Part shown: positions 29,034-38,396 of the stretch, piece after piece
Layout of the letters: the number at the start of each line of letters is the position of its first letter
How positions within the stretch are numbered: the first letter of the stretch is position 1
Assembly (NCBI GenBank): GCA_949284175.1
Contig: CASDVE010000012.1
Coordinates: forward strand, 12,906 to 76,905
DNA length: 64,000 nucleotides
Source: an uncultured Eubacteriales bacterium
GTDB lineage: Bacteria > Bacillota > Clostridia > Lachnospirales > Lachnospiraceae
Direction: 5' to 3'
Translations under genes and position numbers: made by a program
The notes under the pieces: model-generated
Databases searched by the model: none
What the model was told of the DNA's origin: nothing
Seen by the model: the letters and a program-made list of their open reading frames with translations, nothing else

Positions 29034-29579
29034 ATGCCGTCTTTTATTCAAACATTTGATGAATCTGTTTTACTTTGGATTCAAGAAGTTATTCGTACAC
29101 CATGGCTGACACCTATCATGCAGTTTTCCTCTCTTTTGCTAGATCGGGGACTGCTGTCTGTGGTCACCTGTATCCTGCTTTTATTTTTCAAAAAAACAAG
29201 AGCTATTGGCTATACTGCCACTCTTTCCCTCAGCATATGTACAGTGATTACGAATATAACGTTAAAACCTCTTATTGCACGACCTAGACCGTATCATGTA
29301 TTAGAGGAATTAATAACACTCACCCATCGACCACATGATTTTTCTTTTCCTTCTGGACATACGACCGCTGTTTTTGCAGTGGCCGGCGTTCTATTTTTTT
29401 GTTGCCCTAGAAAATATGGCATTCCAGCCATCCTCTTTGCCGTTTTAGTTGGTCTTTCAAGGCTCTATTTAGGCATTCACTTTCCAACGGATGTTCTTAT
29501 GGGTGCATTCATTGGAATGTTTATAAGCTATCTTTGCTATCGCCTTGTTAAGAGATTTGGCTATACTTTTAAACAATGA
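29034..29579 (+). CDS. PAP2-family phosphatase (undecaprenyl-diphosphatase-like)
   Basis: KxxxxxxRP (KPLIARPRP), PSGH (FPSGHT) and SRxxxxxHxxxD (SRLYLGIHFPTD) motifs. Confidence 0.85.
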   Translation: MPSFIQTFDESVLLWIQEVIRTPWLTPIMQFSSLLLDRGLLSVVTCILLLFFKKTRAIGYTATLSLSICTVITNITLKPLIARPRPYHVLEELITLTHRPHDFSFPSGHTTAVFAVAGVLFFCCPRKYGIPAILFAVLVGLSRLYLGIHFPTDVLMGAFIGMFISYLCYRLVKRFGYTFKQ

Positions 29580-29622
29580 GATTTACTATTTATCTTGATA
29601 AAAGAAAGGAATACAATTATTT

Positions 29623-29880
29623 ATGAATGAAATTTATGAAGCAATTGAACAAAAAATTAAAGAATCTGGATATCCCTATCCAGTGAATGGATATTCTATC
29701 TATCATGATATTTGTGATGAAATTGATGGAAAAGAAAATGGAACTTACTTATTATTATCCAAACAAGAAAATGATGCTGTGTTTGAATATCAAGTGACCA
29801 TTATGGATGAAAACTTCAACTTATCCGTTCTTACCATCACCCATGAAAATAAAACGTATCGAATTGATTTTGATAACTAA
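29623..29880 (+). CDS. Hypothetical small cytosolic protein
   Basis: 85-aa ORF with its own terminator. I recognise no family. Confidence 0.4.
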   Translation: MNEIYEAIEQKIKESGYPYPVNGYSIYHDICDEIDGKENGTYLLLSKQENDAVFEYQVTIMDENFNLSVLTITHENKTYRIDFDN

Positions 29881-29887
29881 ACGATCT

Positions 29888-29922
29888 AAAAAGCCTGTCG
29901 CACTTTTTCGACAGGCTTTTTT
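29888..29922. terminator. Bidirectional terminator
   Basis: AAAAAGCCTGTCG / CGACAGGCTTTTT stem-loop between convergent genes. Confidence 0.8.
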
Positions 29923-29926
29923 CTAT

Positions 29927-30835
29927 TTACTCTTTCTCCGCCGCAACACGACAATTTAAAATCATCCCAACTAAAATAAATCCTATTCCAATACATTGAA
30001 TGCCCGTTGGTATGGCATCATGTAAAAACAAAATTCCTCCAATCAGAGTGAAAATAACTTCTCCTGCAATGGTTCCTTCCACCATGGATAGTTGCTTTGG
30101 ATTGTTTCGCACCAAATTGGTGGCTTGGAAAAATAACAAGGTGGCAATCACAGCAGAAAAAATTGCTACCATCAAAGATTGAAATACTTGTGTGCTTGCT
30201 GGTGCTCCATGAAATACCCCGCCAAAGATGGATAAAAGAATCCAAAATGGCATACTGCAAATGGTCATGCCAAGAACACGCTGAGGTGTGTCAAGGCGAT
30301 CATCACAAACAGACATCATTTTTCTGTTGCCAAGAGGATACATCACTGCCGCAATTCCAATGAGAATCAAACAGATAATGACACTTTGTTTTCCCACTCC
30401 CTTTGTAAAGTTTTCCCACTGCATAAAAAATACACCTAACAAAATAATTAAGATCGTTCCTAAACTTTTCATCGGTATCTTCTTTCCCCACAGAGGATTT
30501 AAAAAGACACCAGCAACAATTGTTAACTGCCAAAGAGAGGCAACAAGCCATGATTCCCCAAACTCAGATGCCCATGTAAGAGGAGCATAAAAAAATCCAA
30601 ATCCAACCGTACTCCATAAAATCCATGCTACGGGAGCACGTTTTATCTCTTCCATAACTGGCTTAAAATCTCCCTTCAATCCTACAAGCAGCCATAAAAT
30701 TGGCAAAGAGAATATGTAACGTAACGTGGCACTCCATATCCAATATCCGCCTGTCAGATTCATACTTCTGTTAAACACAAAAGTAAAAGAAAAAAAGGCA
30801 GAAGATAAAATGCCATAAAATAATGCTTTTTTCAA
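29927..30835 (-). CDS. DMT-superfamily/multidrug-efflux-like membrane protein (10 TM)
   Basis: Polytopic throughout. I prefer the TTG at 30835, with GGAGG 8 nt upstream. Confidence 0.6.
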   Translation of the reverse strand: MKKALFYGILSSAFFSFTFVFNRSMNLTGGYWIWSATLRYIFSLPILWLLVGLKGDFKPVMEEIKRAPVAWILWSTVGFGFFYAPLTWASEFGESWLVASLWQLTIVAGVFLNPLWGKKIPMKSLGTILIILLGVFFMQWENFTKGVGKQSVIICLILIGIAAVMYPLGNRKMMSVCDDRLDTPQRVLGMTICSMPFWILLSIFGGVFHGAPASTQVFQSLMVAIFSAVIATLLFFQATNLVRNNPKQLSMVEGTIAGEVIFTLIGGILFLHDAIPTGIQCIGIGFILVGMILNCRVAAEKE

Positions 30836-31031
30836 TTTAAAAACCTCCAAATTATTTATTTGTACCGACAAAAAGCACAGTCTTTTACTATATTAAATCT
30901 TTTAGATTGAATAATCAAGCTATTTCTGTAAGTACAATCATTTTTCCAAAAATCTAATGACTTTCTATCAATACTATGTTAGAATACAAAAAAAATAATT
31001 TACAAAATAACCCAGAAAGTGAGATAGTTTC

Positions 31032-31544
31032 ATGAATTTATTGATGACTGATACCCCTATTGATATTCCATTTGTTGAATCTTCTGAAAACCATTATATC
31101 GATCTCTCAAAGTTACAAATTACAAATTGTATTGGTTGTTTTGGATGTTGGACAAAAACTCCTGGAAAATGTGTCATTCGTGATGATGCCACAAAAGTAT
31201 ATCCTATCATCGCCCAAAGTGAACATATTATCTATGTAACAAACACCGTATTTGGAACGTATGATACCCCTATGAAAACCATCTTGGAGCGGAGCATTCC
31301 CATTCAAAAGGCATTCATTCGGATTCATAACAATGAAACCCATCATGTTCAACGAAATGTCGTTCTTAAAAAAGCTATTATTTTTGCTTATGGAACTTCT
31401 TCTGATGAAGAGCGAGCAGTTTTTTCTAAACTGATCGATCGAAATGCAAACAATATGTGCTTTGAAAGCCATCGTATTGTGTTTTTAAACAAGTCAGAAC
31501 TGAATAACGCTATTGCAAAGGAGGTTGCCACATGGGAAATGTAA
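31032..31544 (+). CDS. Flavodoxin-like/iron-sulfur-flavoprotein-like protein with a compact Cys motif
   Basis: CIGCFGCWTKTPGKC (C-x2-C-x2-C-x7-C), as in Isf-type NAD(P)H-dependent FMN reductases. It lacks the N-terminal GSPR phosphate-binding loop. Confidence 0.55.
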   Translation: MNLLMTDTPIDIPFVESSENHYIDLSKLQITNCIGCFGCWTKTPGKCVIRDDATKVYPIIAQSEHIIYVTNTVFGTYDTPMKTILERSIPIQKAFIRIHNNETHHVQRNVVLKKAIIFAYGTSSDEERAVFSKLIDRNANNMCFESHRIVFLNKSELNNAIAKEVATWEM

Positions 31545-32137
31545 TCCTACTAAATGGAAGCCCTAGAGCCCCTAAGTCAAATTCAAAGAAGTATTCCGAA
31601 ATTTTTATTCATAACTATAAGGGGAATGCCAAATACTATGAAATTTCCAAAAAAAATCACCAACAGCTTTGTGCCGAAATAGAAACTGCCTCCGATATTG
31701 TTTTTGTATTTCCCCTCTACGTGGATACTATTCCGGTCACATTATTAAACTTTTTAAAAACGTTAAAAGAATATCCTGCAAACCAGAAACCAACCGTTCA
31801 TATCCTAATTAATTGTGGTTTCTTAGAACCAGAACAAAATCATATTGCACTAGAAGTTATGAAACTTTTTTGCAAACAGCAAGGGTACCCTTTTGGGTCT
31901 ACACTCTCCATTGGGGGTGGGGAAGCCATCTTAAAAACCCCATTGGCATTCTTTGCAAAACAAAAAATTAAGAAATTGGCAAAAGCTATTTTTAGAAATC
32001 AATCTTGCCATCTTCAAGTAACCATGCCCCTATCAAAACCTCGTTATCTTAAAGAATCCACAAAATACTGGATACGGTATGGAGAAAAGCATGGCATTAC
32101 AAAAGAAGAAATGGATACGATGGAGATCGAGGCTTAG
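31532..32137 (+). CDS. Flavodoxin-like NAD(P)H-dependent oxidoreductase
   Basis: N-terminal ILLNGSPRAPKSNS FMN-binding loop. It overlaps the previous gene by 13 nt. Confidence 0.6.
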   Translation: MGNVILLNGSPRAPKSNSKKYSEIFIHNYKGNAKYYEISKKNHQQLCAEIETASDIVFVFPLYVDTIPVTLLNFLKTLKEYPANQKPTVHILINCGFLEPEQNHIALEVMKLFCKQQGYPFGSTLSIGGGEAILKTPLAFFAKQKIKKLAKAIFRNQSCHLQVTMPLSKPRYLKESTKYWIRYGEKHGITKEEMDTMEIEA

Positions 32138-32154
32138 TTGTAAAAGTAACGATA

Positions 32155-32194
32155 AAAACAGACTGTGGGCTTTCAACACTCACAGTCTGTTTTT
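32155..32194. terminator. Bidirectional terminator
   Basis: AAAAACAGACTGTG / CACAGTCTGTTTTT stem-loop between convergent genes. Confidence 0.8.
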
Positions 32195-32205
32195 GATGCT
32201 TTTTA

Positions 32206-33054
32206 TTATTTTTCATTTTCAATGACATGAACATCCAACTGATTATATGGGAAAGAAATGCCCTGTCGATCAAATTCTTCTTTAATATGCTCCAATAAGC
32301 TCCATTTCGTCTTCCAAAAGAGATCCATTGGAGCCCATGCACGAATCCCAATGCTAACAGTGCTATCCTCAAAGTCATTGACGAAGATGGTAACTTCATT
32401 TTCTTCATCTCTTAAAATGTTTTCTTCTTTTGCAATGACTTCTTCAAGCACAGCTTTCACCCTTGCAACACTTTCATTATAGGATATGCCAATAAAAATA
32501 TCCATTCTTCTTTTATCCTGTCTTGTCACATTGGTTAAACTACTATTGGCTAAAATTCCATTTGGTACTACAACGGTTTTATTATCCACTGTATGTAGTC
32601 TTGTATAGAAAATGTCAATGGCAACAACCGTTCCTTCATTTTTCTTGTTGTCTTCGATAATGTAATCTCCAACTTGAAACGGTTTTAATAAGAGAATCAA
32701 TACTCCACCTGCAATATTAGAAAGACTGCCTTGTACTGCAAGACCGATGGCAACACTGGCTGAAGCAAGAATCGCAATAACAGAACTCATTTCAACGCCA
32801 ATAATACTGATTGCCCATAAAAATAGAACAATTTTTAATCCAATATCAACAAAGGATAATAAAAAGGTGGCAACACTCTGATCCATATTGTGTCTATCAA
32901 AAGTTTTTCTTAATAGTCTCCGAACAGCACCTACTATTTTAAATCCGACTACGAGGATTAAAATACAAAGTACCAGATCCCCTGTCTTTTGAACTAGCCA
33001 ATCCACAAGTTGATCTGCATATTTTAGGGCTTGTGTCATTGTTTTTTCTTTCAA
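32206..33054 (-). CDS. Small-conductance mechanosensitive channel (MscS family)
   Basis: Three N-terminal TM helices and the IAGGVLILLLKPFQVGDYI pore/beta-domain signature. Confidence 0.85.
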   Translation of the reverse strand: MKEKTMTQALKYADQLVDWLVQKTGDLVLCILILVVGFKIVGAVRRLLRKTFDRHNMDQSVATFLLSFVDIGLKIVLFLWAISIIGVEMSSVIAILASASVAIGLAVQGSLSNIAGGVLILLLKPFQVGDYIIEDNKKNEGTVVAIDIFYTRLHTVDNKTVVVPNGILANSSLTNVTRQDKRRMDIFIGISYNESVARVKAVLEEVIAKEENILRDEENEVTIFVNDFEDSTVSIGIRAWAPMDLFWKTKWSLLEHIKEEFDRQGISFPYNQLDVHVIENEK

Positions 33055-33164
33055 GGTGTTTTTTCCTCCGTAATTTTTTTATTGCCATTATAACAATATC
33101 TTTTTCTGAATGCAACTCTTGATTTTCACATTATGACAATTCACAAAACTTTCCAATTTTTCTT

Positions 33165-35420
33165 TTATTTAGAACCTTTTTTTCTTCCTCTTTTGGAGAT
33201 TTTATCCTGCTTTTCTTCCAGTTCCCCCTTGTACTTAAAAATACTAATTCCCAATGGAGGAACTGTGATTTTCATTGAGTTTTTTCGTTCATCGCACTCT
33301 GCTTTTCTTGAACTCTTCATCCGAGGATTGCAAATGCCAGAACCACCAAATTCTTGACTATCGCTATTAAAAATTTCTTTGTATTTTCCAGCATATGGAA
33401 CGCCAATTTTATAATGTTCATGAACAACTGGCGTAAAATTGCATACAACAAGAAGAGCATCTGTTTTCTTTCTTGCCTTTCTCACAAAGACAAGGATACT
33501 TTCATTGGCAGAAATAGCGTTGATCCATTCGAATCCTTTTTCACTAGTATCATAGACAAAAAGAGCTGGTTCCGTCCGATACAAATGATTTAATGCCTTA
33601 TAATAATGTTGCATTTTTGCATTTTCTTCCTGAGAAAGCACGCCCCAGTCAAGACTTGTTTTTTCATCAAACTCTTTATATTGAGCCATATCCTGTCCCA
33701 TAAACAATAATTTCTTTCCAGGATGCGTCATCATATATCCATAGGCAACTCTTAAATTTGCAAATTTTTGCTCCATATCCCCTGGCATTTTATGAATCAT
33801 AGAACATTTTCCATGCACAACTTCATCATGGGAAAGCACTAAAATATAATTTTCACTATACGCATAAACCATGCTAAAAGTCAGCTCTCCATGTTTTCCT
33901 TTTCGGAACAAAGGATCTGTTTTCATATAATCAAGAAAATCATTCATCCATCCCATATTCCATTTGTAGTTGAATCCAATCCCTTCTGGCTCTTCCACTT
34001 TTCTTGTCAGATACGGCCAAGCGGTAGATTCTTCTGCAATAACAATCGTTCCATCTTTTCTCTTCTCAATGATACTGTTTAAATGTCTTAAAAAGGCCAC
34101 TGCTTCCAAGTTACCATTGCCACCATATTCATTGGCTACCCATTCTCCATCCTTCCTTCCATAATCAAGATAGAGCATAGACGCCACTGCATCCATACGG
34201 ATTCCATCAATATGATATTCATTTAGCCAATACAGTGCATTTGCAATTAAAAAATTGCTCACCTCTGGTCTTCCATAATTAAAAATATAAGTGCCCCAAT
34301 CTGGATGCTCCCCTTTTCTTGGATCTTCATGCTCATAGACGGCGGTTCCGTCAAATCGTCCAAGTCCACATCCATCCTTTGGAAAATGGGCTGGTACCCA
34401 ATCTAAAAAGATTCCAATTCCTTGTTCGTGCATATAGTTGACAAAGTACATAAAATCTTTTGGTGTACCATATCTTGCCGTTGGAGCAAAATATCCTGTC
34501 ACCTGATATCCCCAAGACGGATCATAAGGATGTTCCATAATTGGCATAATTTCAATATGGGTGTACTCCATTTCTTTTACATAGGAGGCAAGCATTGGTG
34601 CAATTTCTCGATAATTATAAAACTCTCTTCCATCCTCTGGCTTCTTCCATGCCCCTAAATGCACTTCATAAATGGACATTGGGAGTTTGGTCGTATCCGC
34701 TTTTTTTCGTTCCTTTAACCACTGCTTATCGTTCCATTCAAATCCGCTTAAATCCGCTACCACCGATGCTGTTTCCGGTCTTAATTGAGCATAATTTCCA
34801 TAAGGGTCTGCCTTTAAAAAGACATCTCCGTTTCTTGCTCGAATTTCAAATTTATACAACGCCCCCTCTTGCACATCTGGAATAAAAAGTTCAAAAATTC
34901 CGCTATTTTCTAACTTTCTCATTGGATGACGTCTACCATCCCATAGGTTAAAATCACCAACTACACTGACTCTTCCTGCATTTGGTGCCCATACAGCGAA
35001 TAATACTCCAGAGATTCCATTGATACTGCGTTTATGAGCTCCTAATAATCTGTAAATTTCATAATGATATCCTTCTTGAAACTTGGCAATATCCTCTTTT
35101 GTTATAACAGGTGAGAAAGAGTACGCATCCACATATTGATAGGTCGTGTTGTTTTCAAATGCAACTTCTAAAAGATAAGGATCATCTTTCTCCCATAAAG
35201 TGGAATAAAACCCATACCCATCTACGGGTGTCATTCGTTCCTCTTTTTTTGTTACCCTAGAAATGCACTTCATTCCAATCGCATTTGGAAAATACGCATT
35301 GACAAAGACTTGTCCTTCTTTTTCTTGTAATCCTAAAATGTGATGTGGATTGTCATGTAGAGCGTTTTCTATTGCATAGATTTCATCTTGATTCCACATA
35401 CATATATTTCTTTCTTCCAT
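33165..35420 (-). CDS. glgB: 1,4-alpha-glucan branching enzyme
   Basis: GH13 motifs (DWVPAHF, GIRMDAV, IAEEST, LSHDEV). ATG at 35420 after AAGGAGG. Lys-rich C-terminal tail. Confidence 0.9.
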   Translation of the reverse strand: MEERNICMWNQDEIYAIENALHDNPHHILGLQEKEGQVFVNAYFPNAIGMKCISRVTKKEERMTPVDGYGFYSTLWEKDDPYLLEVAFENNTTYQYVDAYSFSPVITKEDIAKFQEGYHYEIYRLLGAHKRSINGISGVLFAVWAPNAGRVSVVGDFNLWDGRRHPMRKLENSGIFELFIPDVQEGALYKFEIRARNGDVFLKADPYGNYAQLRPETASVVADLSGFEWNDKQWLKERKKADTTKLPMSIYEVHLGAWKKPEDGREFYNYREIAPMLASYVKEMEYTHIEIMPIMEHPYDPSWGYQVTGYFAPTARYGTPKDFMYFVNYMHEQGIGIFLDWVPAHFPKDGCGLGRFDGTAVYEHEDPRKGEHPDWGTYIFNYGRPEVSNFLIANALYWLNEYHIDGIRMDAVASMLYLDYGRKDGEWVANEYGGNGNLEAVAFLRHLNSIIEKRKDGTIVIAEESTAWPYLTRKVEEPEGIGFNYKWNMGWMNDFLDYMKTDPLFRKGKHGELTFSMVYAYSENYILVLSHDEVVHGKCSMIHKMPGDMEQKFANLRVAYGYMMTHPGKKLLFMGQDMAQYKEFDEKTSLDWGVLSQEENAKMQHYYKALNHLYRTEPALFVYDTSEKGFEWINAISANESILVFVRKARKKTDALLVVCNFTPVVHEHYKIGVPYAGKYKEIFNSDSQEFGGSGICNPRMKSSRKAECDERKNSMKITVPPLGISIFKYKGELEEKQDKISKRGRKKGSK

Positions 35421-35591
35421 CAAGTCCTCCTTATTCTTTTGCTTGCACGAGTTTCTAGTAACGATCCATGCAAATAAAAAACTAATTCAGCTTTTCATTA
35501 TTCTGGATTTTGAAGTATATAAACTTGTCATTATTGTAACATTTTTATGTATTTTTTTCAATATTTTACTTTTTTTTATCTATTTTATCCA

Positions 35592-35629
35592 TAAATAATA
35601 AGGAGAAATGTTTCATTACATTTCTCCTT
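35592..35629 (-). terminator. Stem-loop downstream of the DUF1015 gene
   Basis: AAGGAGAAATGT / ACATTTCTCCTT 12-bp stem, then a T-rich run on the minus strand. Confidence 0.5.
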
Positions 35630-35634
35630 ATCAT

Positions 35635-36873
35635 TTATGACTCTATTTTATGAATAAACAATCCGCTTCTTAATTTTGGTTCAAACCATGTGGATTTTGG
35701 TGGCATCAATCTTCCCTCATCCGCAACTTCAAATAGCTCTTCCATAGACGTTGGATATAAAGCAAAGGCAACGGCTTGCCCTCCATCCACAAGACGTTCT
35801 AATTCCTTTAATCCTCGGATTCCTCCTACAAACTGAATGCGTGAATCCGTCTTTGGATCTGCAATTCCCAGCACAGGATATAGCACTTCATTTTGTAAAA
35901 TGGATACATCCAATCGCTCTACCACATCGTCGTCTGCTAATTCTCCTAAATAGGTCAGTTCATACCACTGTCCATCTAAATACATACCAAAAGTTGCTTT
36001 TTTCTCTGGTTTTACGCTGAAGTTTTTCACTTCAACTCGAAATTTTCTTTCCACTTTTTCTAAAAACTCTTCCTTTGATAAACCGTTTAAATCCTGTACC
36101 ACACGATTGTAGTCAAGGATTTTTAGTTCATCGGCTGGAAATATAACGGATAAAAAGTAGTTAAACTCCTCCTCACCAGTATAATTTTTATGCTCATTTC
36201 TTCTCATTTGGCTCACTTTTACTGCGGATGCCGTTCTATGATGACCGTCGGCAATATAAAGAGCATTGACAGATGCAAAATGTGAGGTCAAATACTCAAT
36301 ATCCTCTTCTTTGCTAAGTCGAAATACACGATGTCTTACTCCGTCGTCTGCAACAAAATCGTATAACGGCAGTTCTTCTTTCCATTGTTTTATCTTCTGA
36401 CTCAACTCTTGACTATCTCTACACGCCAAGAAAATAGGCCCTGTTTGGGCATTACAAACGTCCACATGACGAATCCTATCTCTTTCTTTATCCTCTCTTG
36501 TATTTTCATGCTTTTTAATCACTTGTTTTTCATAATCATCAACAGATGCACACACAACAACCCCTGTCTGTGATCTTCCATCCATTGTCAATTCATATAA
36601 ATAATAGCATTTCATTTTTTCTTGCTCTAATGTTCCATTTTCCATCCATGTATCCAAAAGTTCTTTCGCCTTTTGATAAACTGGTTCTGAATACATATCT
36701 GTATCCATAGAAAATTGAGTTTCTGGACGGTCAATATTTAAAAAGGAAAGAGGAGCATTTTTCACTTTTTCCACTGCTTCTTCCCTGCTATATACATCAT
36801 AAGGGAGGGCTGACACAAGATGTGCCACCTCCTTTTTTGGTCTTACACAATAAAATGGTCTAATATTCGCCAT
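35635..36873 (-). CDS. DUF1015 family protein
   Basis: 412 aa. N-terminal IRPFYCVRP...ALPYDVYS and IADGHHR motifs are characteristic of DUF1015/COG4198. Confidence 0.75.
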   Translation of the reverse strand: MANIRPFYCVRPKKEVAHLVSALPYDVYSREEAVEKVKNAPLSFLNIDRPETQFSMDTDMYSEPVYQKAKELLDTWMENGTLEQEKMKCYYLYELTMDGRSQTGVVVCASVDDYEKQVIKKHENTREDKERDRIRHVDVCNAQTGPIFLACRDSQELSQKIKQWKEELPLYDFVADDGVRHRVFRLSKEEDIEYLTSHFASVNALYIADGHHRTASAVKVSQMRRNEHKNYTGEEEFNYFLSVIFPADELKILDYNRVVQDLNGLSKEEFLEKVERKFRVEVKNFSVKPEKKATFGMYLDGQWYELTYLGELADDDVVERLDVSILQNEVLYPVLGIADPKTDSRIQFVGGIRGLKELERLVDGGQAVAFALYPTSMEELFEVADEGRLMPPKSTWFEPKLRSGLFIHKIES

Positions 36874-36881
36874 AATTCCTC

Positions 36882-38228
36882 CTATTTTTCTTTTTCACTG
36901 ATATCAATGGCAACCTCCACATGAACCGTTCTTCCATCTCTTCGAATTAGGCGATCTTTCACAAGAAAATCCCGATTTAACTTTTCATTCCTTTGTTCCG
37001 AAAGAATCGTTTCTCCCTCTTTTAGTTGAGAAGCCTTACAAAAAGGACATGGATCTGGTCTTCCTTGTAATACTTCATAACATTTTCTTCCTTTATAATC
37101 ATCATTTCCTAAGCCAAAATATTCTCTTCCAATCCGATTAATATAATACAACTCATGGGTGACAGGATTGCTCATGCTGACAATATCATCCGAATCTTCC
37201 CAGCGTACCCGATCTTGATCTCTTACGATTTGATACTTGTCCTCTTTTACTTCCATCATTCTATCATAAAGTGTATATTGATTCTTTCCATTCATCTTGC
37301 TATGACGAAGAGCAGAATCCGCACATTCCAACAACCGCTCGGTTGTCTTTCCATGCTTTGGATAAAGAGAAACTCCAATGCTTGTGGAGATCTTTCTCTC
37401 TCCATCCATTGTATCAATCACTAAGGATTCCATCATTTTTTGCAACATTTTATTGAGAAGCTGGCGGACTTGCTCTGTATTTTCTATTTCAAAAAACAAA
37501 ACAAATTCATCCCCACTGTACCGAATAAGACAAGGTTCTTTTTGCTCCTCATTTGCAAGCGATTGCATAATATTCGCCACGTTCTTTAACAATTTTTCTC
37601 CTAATGGTGACCCATACTGATCGATTAATTCTTTAAAATCTTCAATACATAACAGGATAAATACCGCTTGGTATCGATTATCTGGCTTCATATACTTGTT
37701 CAAAACCTCGGATCCTGCACGCCAATTCCACGTATCCGTTAAAGCGTCATGGGAAGCGTGATAGTTGATGATGGCTTCTTTTTCTTTATGTTCATTTCGA
37801 TCTCTACCACAACCAATCACACCTTTTAAATGCCCTCTCTCATCCCCGTAGAGTACAACAGAAAAGTAAAACCATTTATAGCCTTGTCCTTTTACTTTTA
37901 AACGGCATTCCATGCTACATTTTTCTTCTCCACGATTCCAGGCTCGATTTAATTCTGAAAAAGAAAATATTTTTTTAAATTTTTCTTTGTCTTCTACATG
38001 ACAAGATCGAAAGGCTCTTTCATAAAGCTCATCATAATTCTTTGGTAGGTAGCCAAAAGTGTCTTTCCAATTGTTTTTTACAGAATGAAAGGTATTTTTC
38101 GCAAAATTAGCTTCAAATACATATGTATACAAAATGCACAGGGCTTTTTTATAATCATTCCCCATCATCCATTTTTTGTTATCACTCTCTTTTTGATTCC
38201 CCATTCTTTGATAATTTTTTTGGATCAT
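36882..38228 (-). CDS. PAS-GGDEF-PAS signalling protein (diguanylate cyclase type; SGDEF variant)
   Basis: RYSGDEF active-site region after HDALTD. PAS-like modules flank it, and the C-terminal one carries CPFC. ATG at 38228 follows GGAGG. Confidence 0.75.
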   Translation of the reverse strand: MIQKNYQRMGNQKESDNKKWMMGNDYKKALCILYTYVFEANFAKNTFHSVKNNWKDTFGYLPKNYDELYERAFRSCHVEDKEKFKKIFSFSELNRAWNRGEEKCSMECRLKVKGQGYKWFYFSVVLYGDERGHLKGVIGCGRDRNEHKEKEAIINYHASHDALTDTWNWRAGSEVLNKYMKPDNRYQAVFILLCIEDFKELIDQYGSPLGEKLLKNVANIMQSLANEEQKEPCLIRYSGDEFVLFFEIENTEQVRQLLNKMLQKMMESLVIDTMDGERKISTSIGVSLYPKHGKTTERLLECADSALRHSKMNGKNQYTLYDRMMEVKEDKYQIVRDQDRVRWEDSDDIVSMSNPVTHELYYINRIGREYFGLGNDDYKGRKCYEVLQGRPDPCPFCKASQLKEGETILSEQRNEKLNRDFLVKDRLIRRDGRTVHVEVAIDISEKEK

Positions 38229-38335
38229 GTGCTTCCACCTCCGCCTGTGAAAAGATCTCAATACAAATGCTTCTTATTTTCTATTTATTATACTCTTTAT
38301 GGAAAAAACTGTCACGATATAAACGGAGATTTTTT

Positions 38336-38379
38336 CTAAAAAAAGCATCCGAAGTTCCATTTGCATGGATTTCAGATGC
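38336..38379 (-). terminator. asd terminator
   Basis: Minus strand GCATCTGAA...TTCGGATGC followed by T7. Confidence 0.7.
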
Positions 38380-38396
38380 TCTTCTTTTGTCACTGT

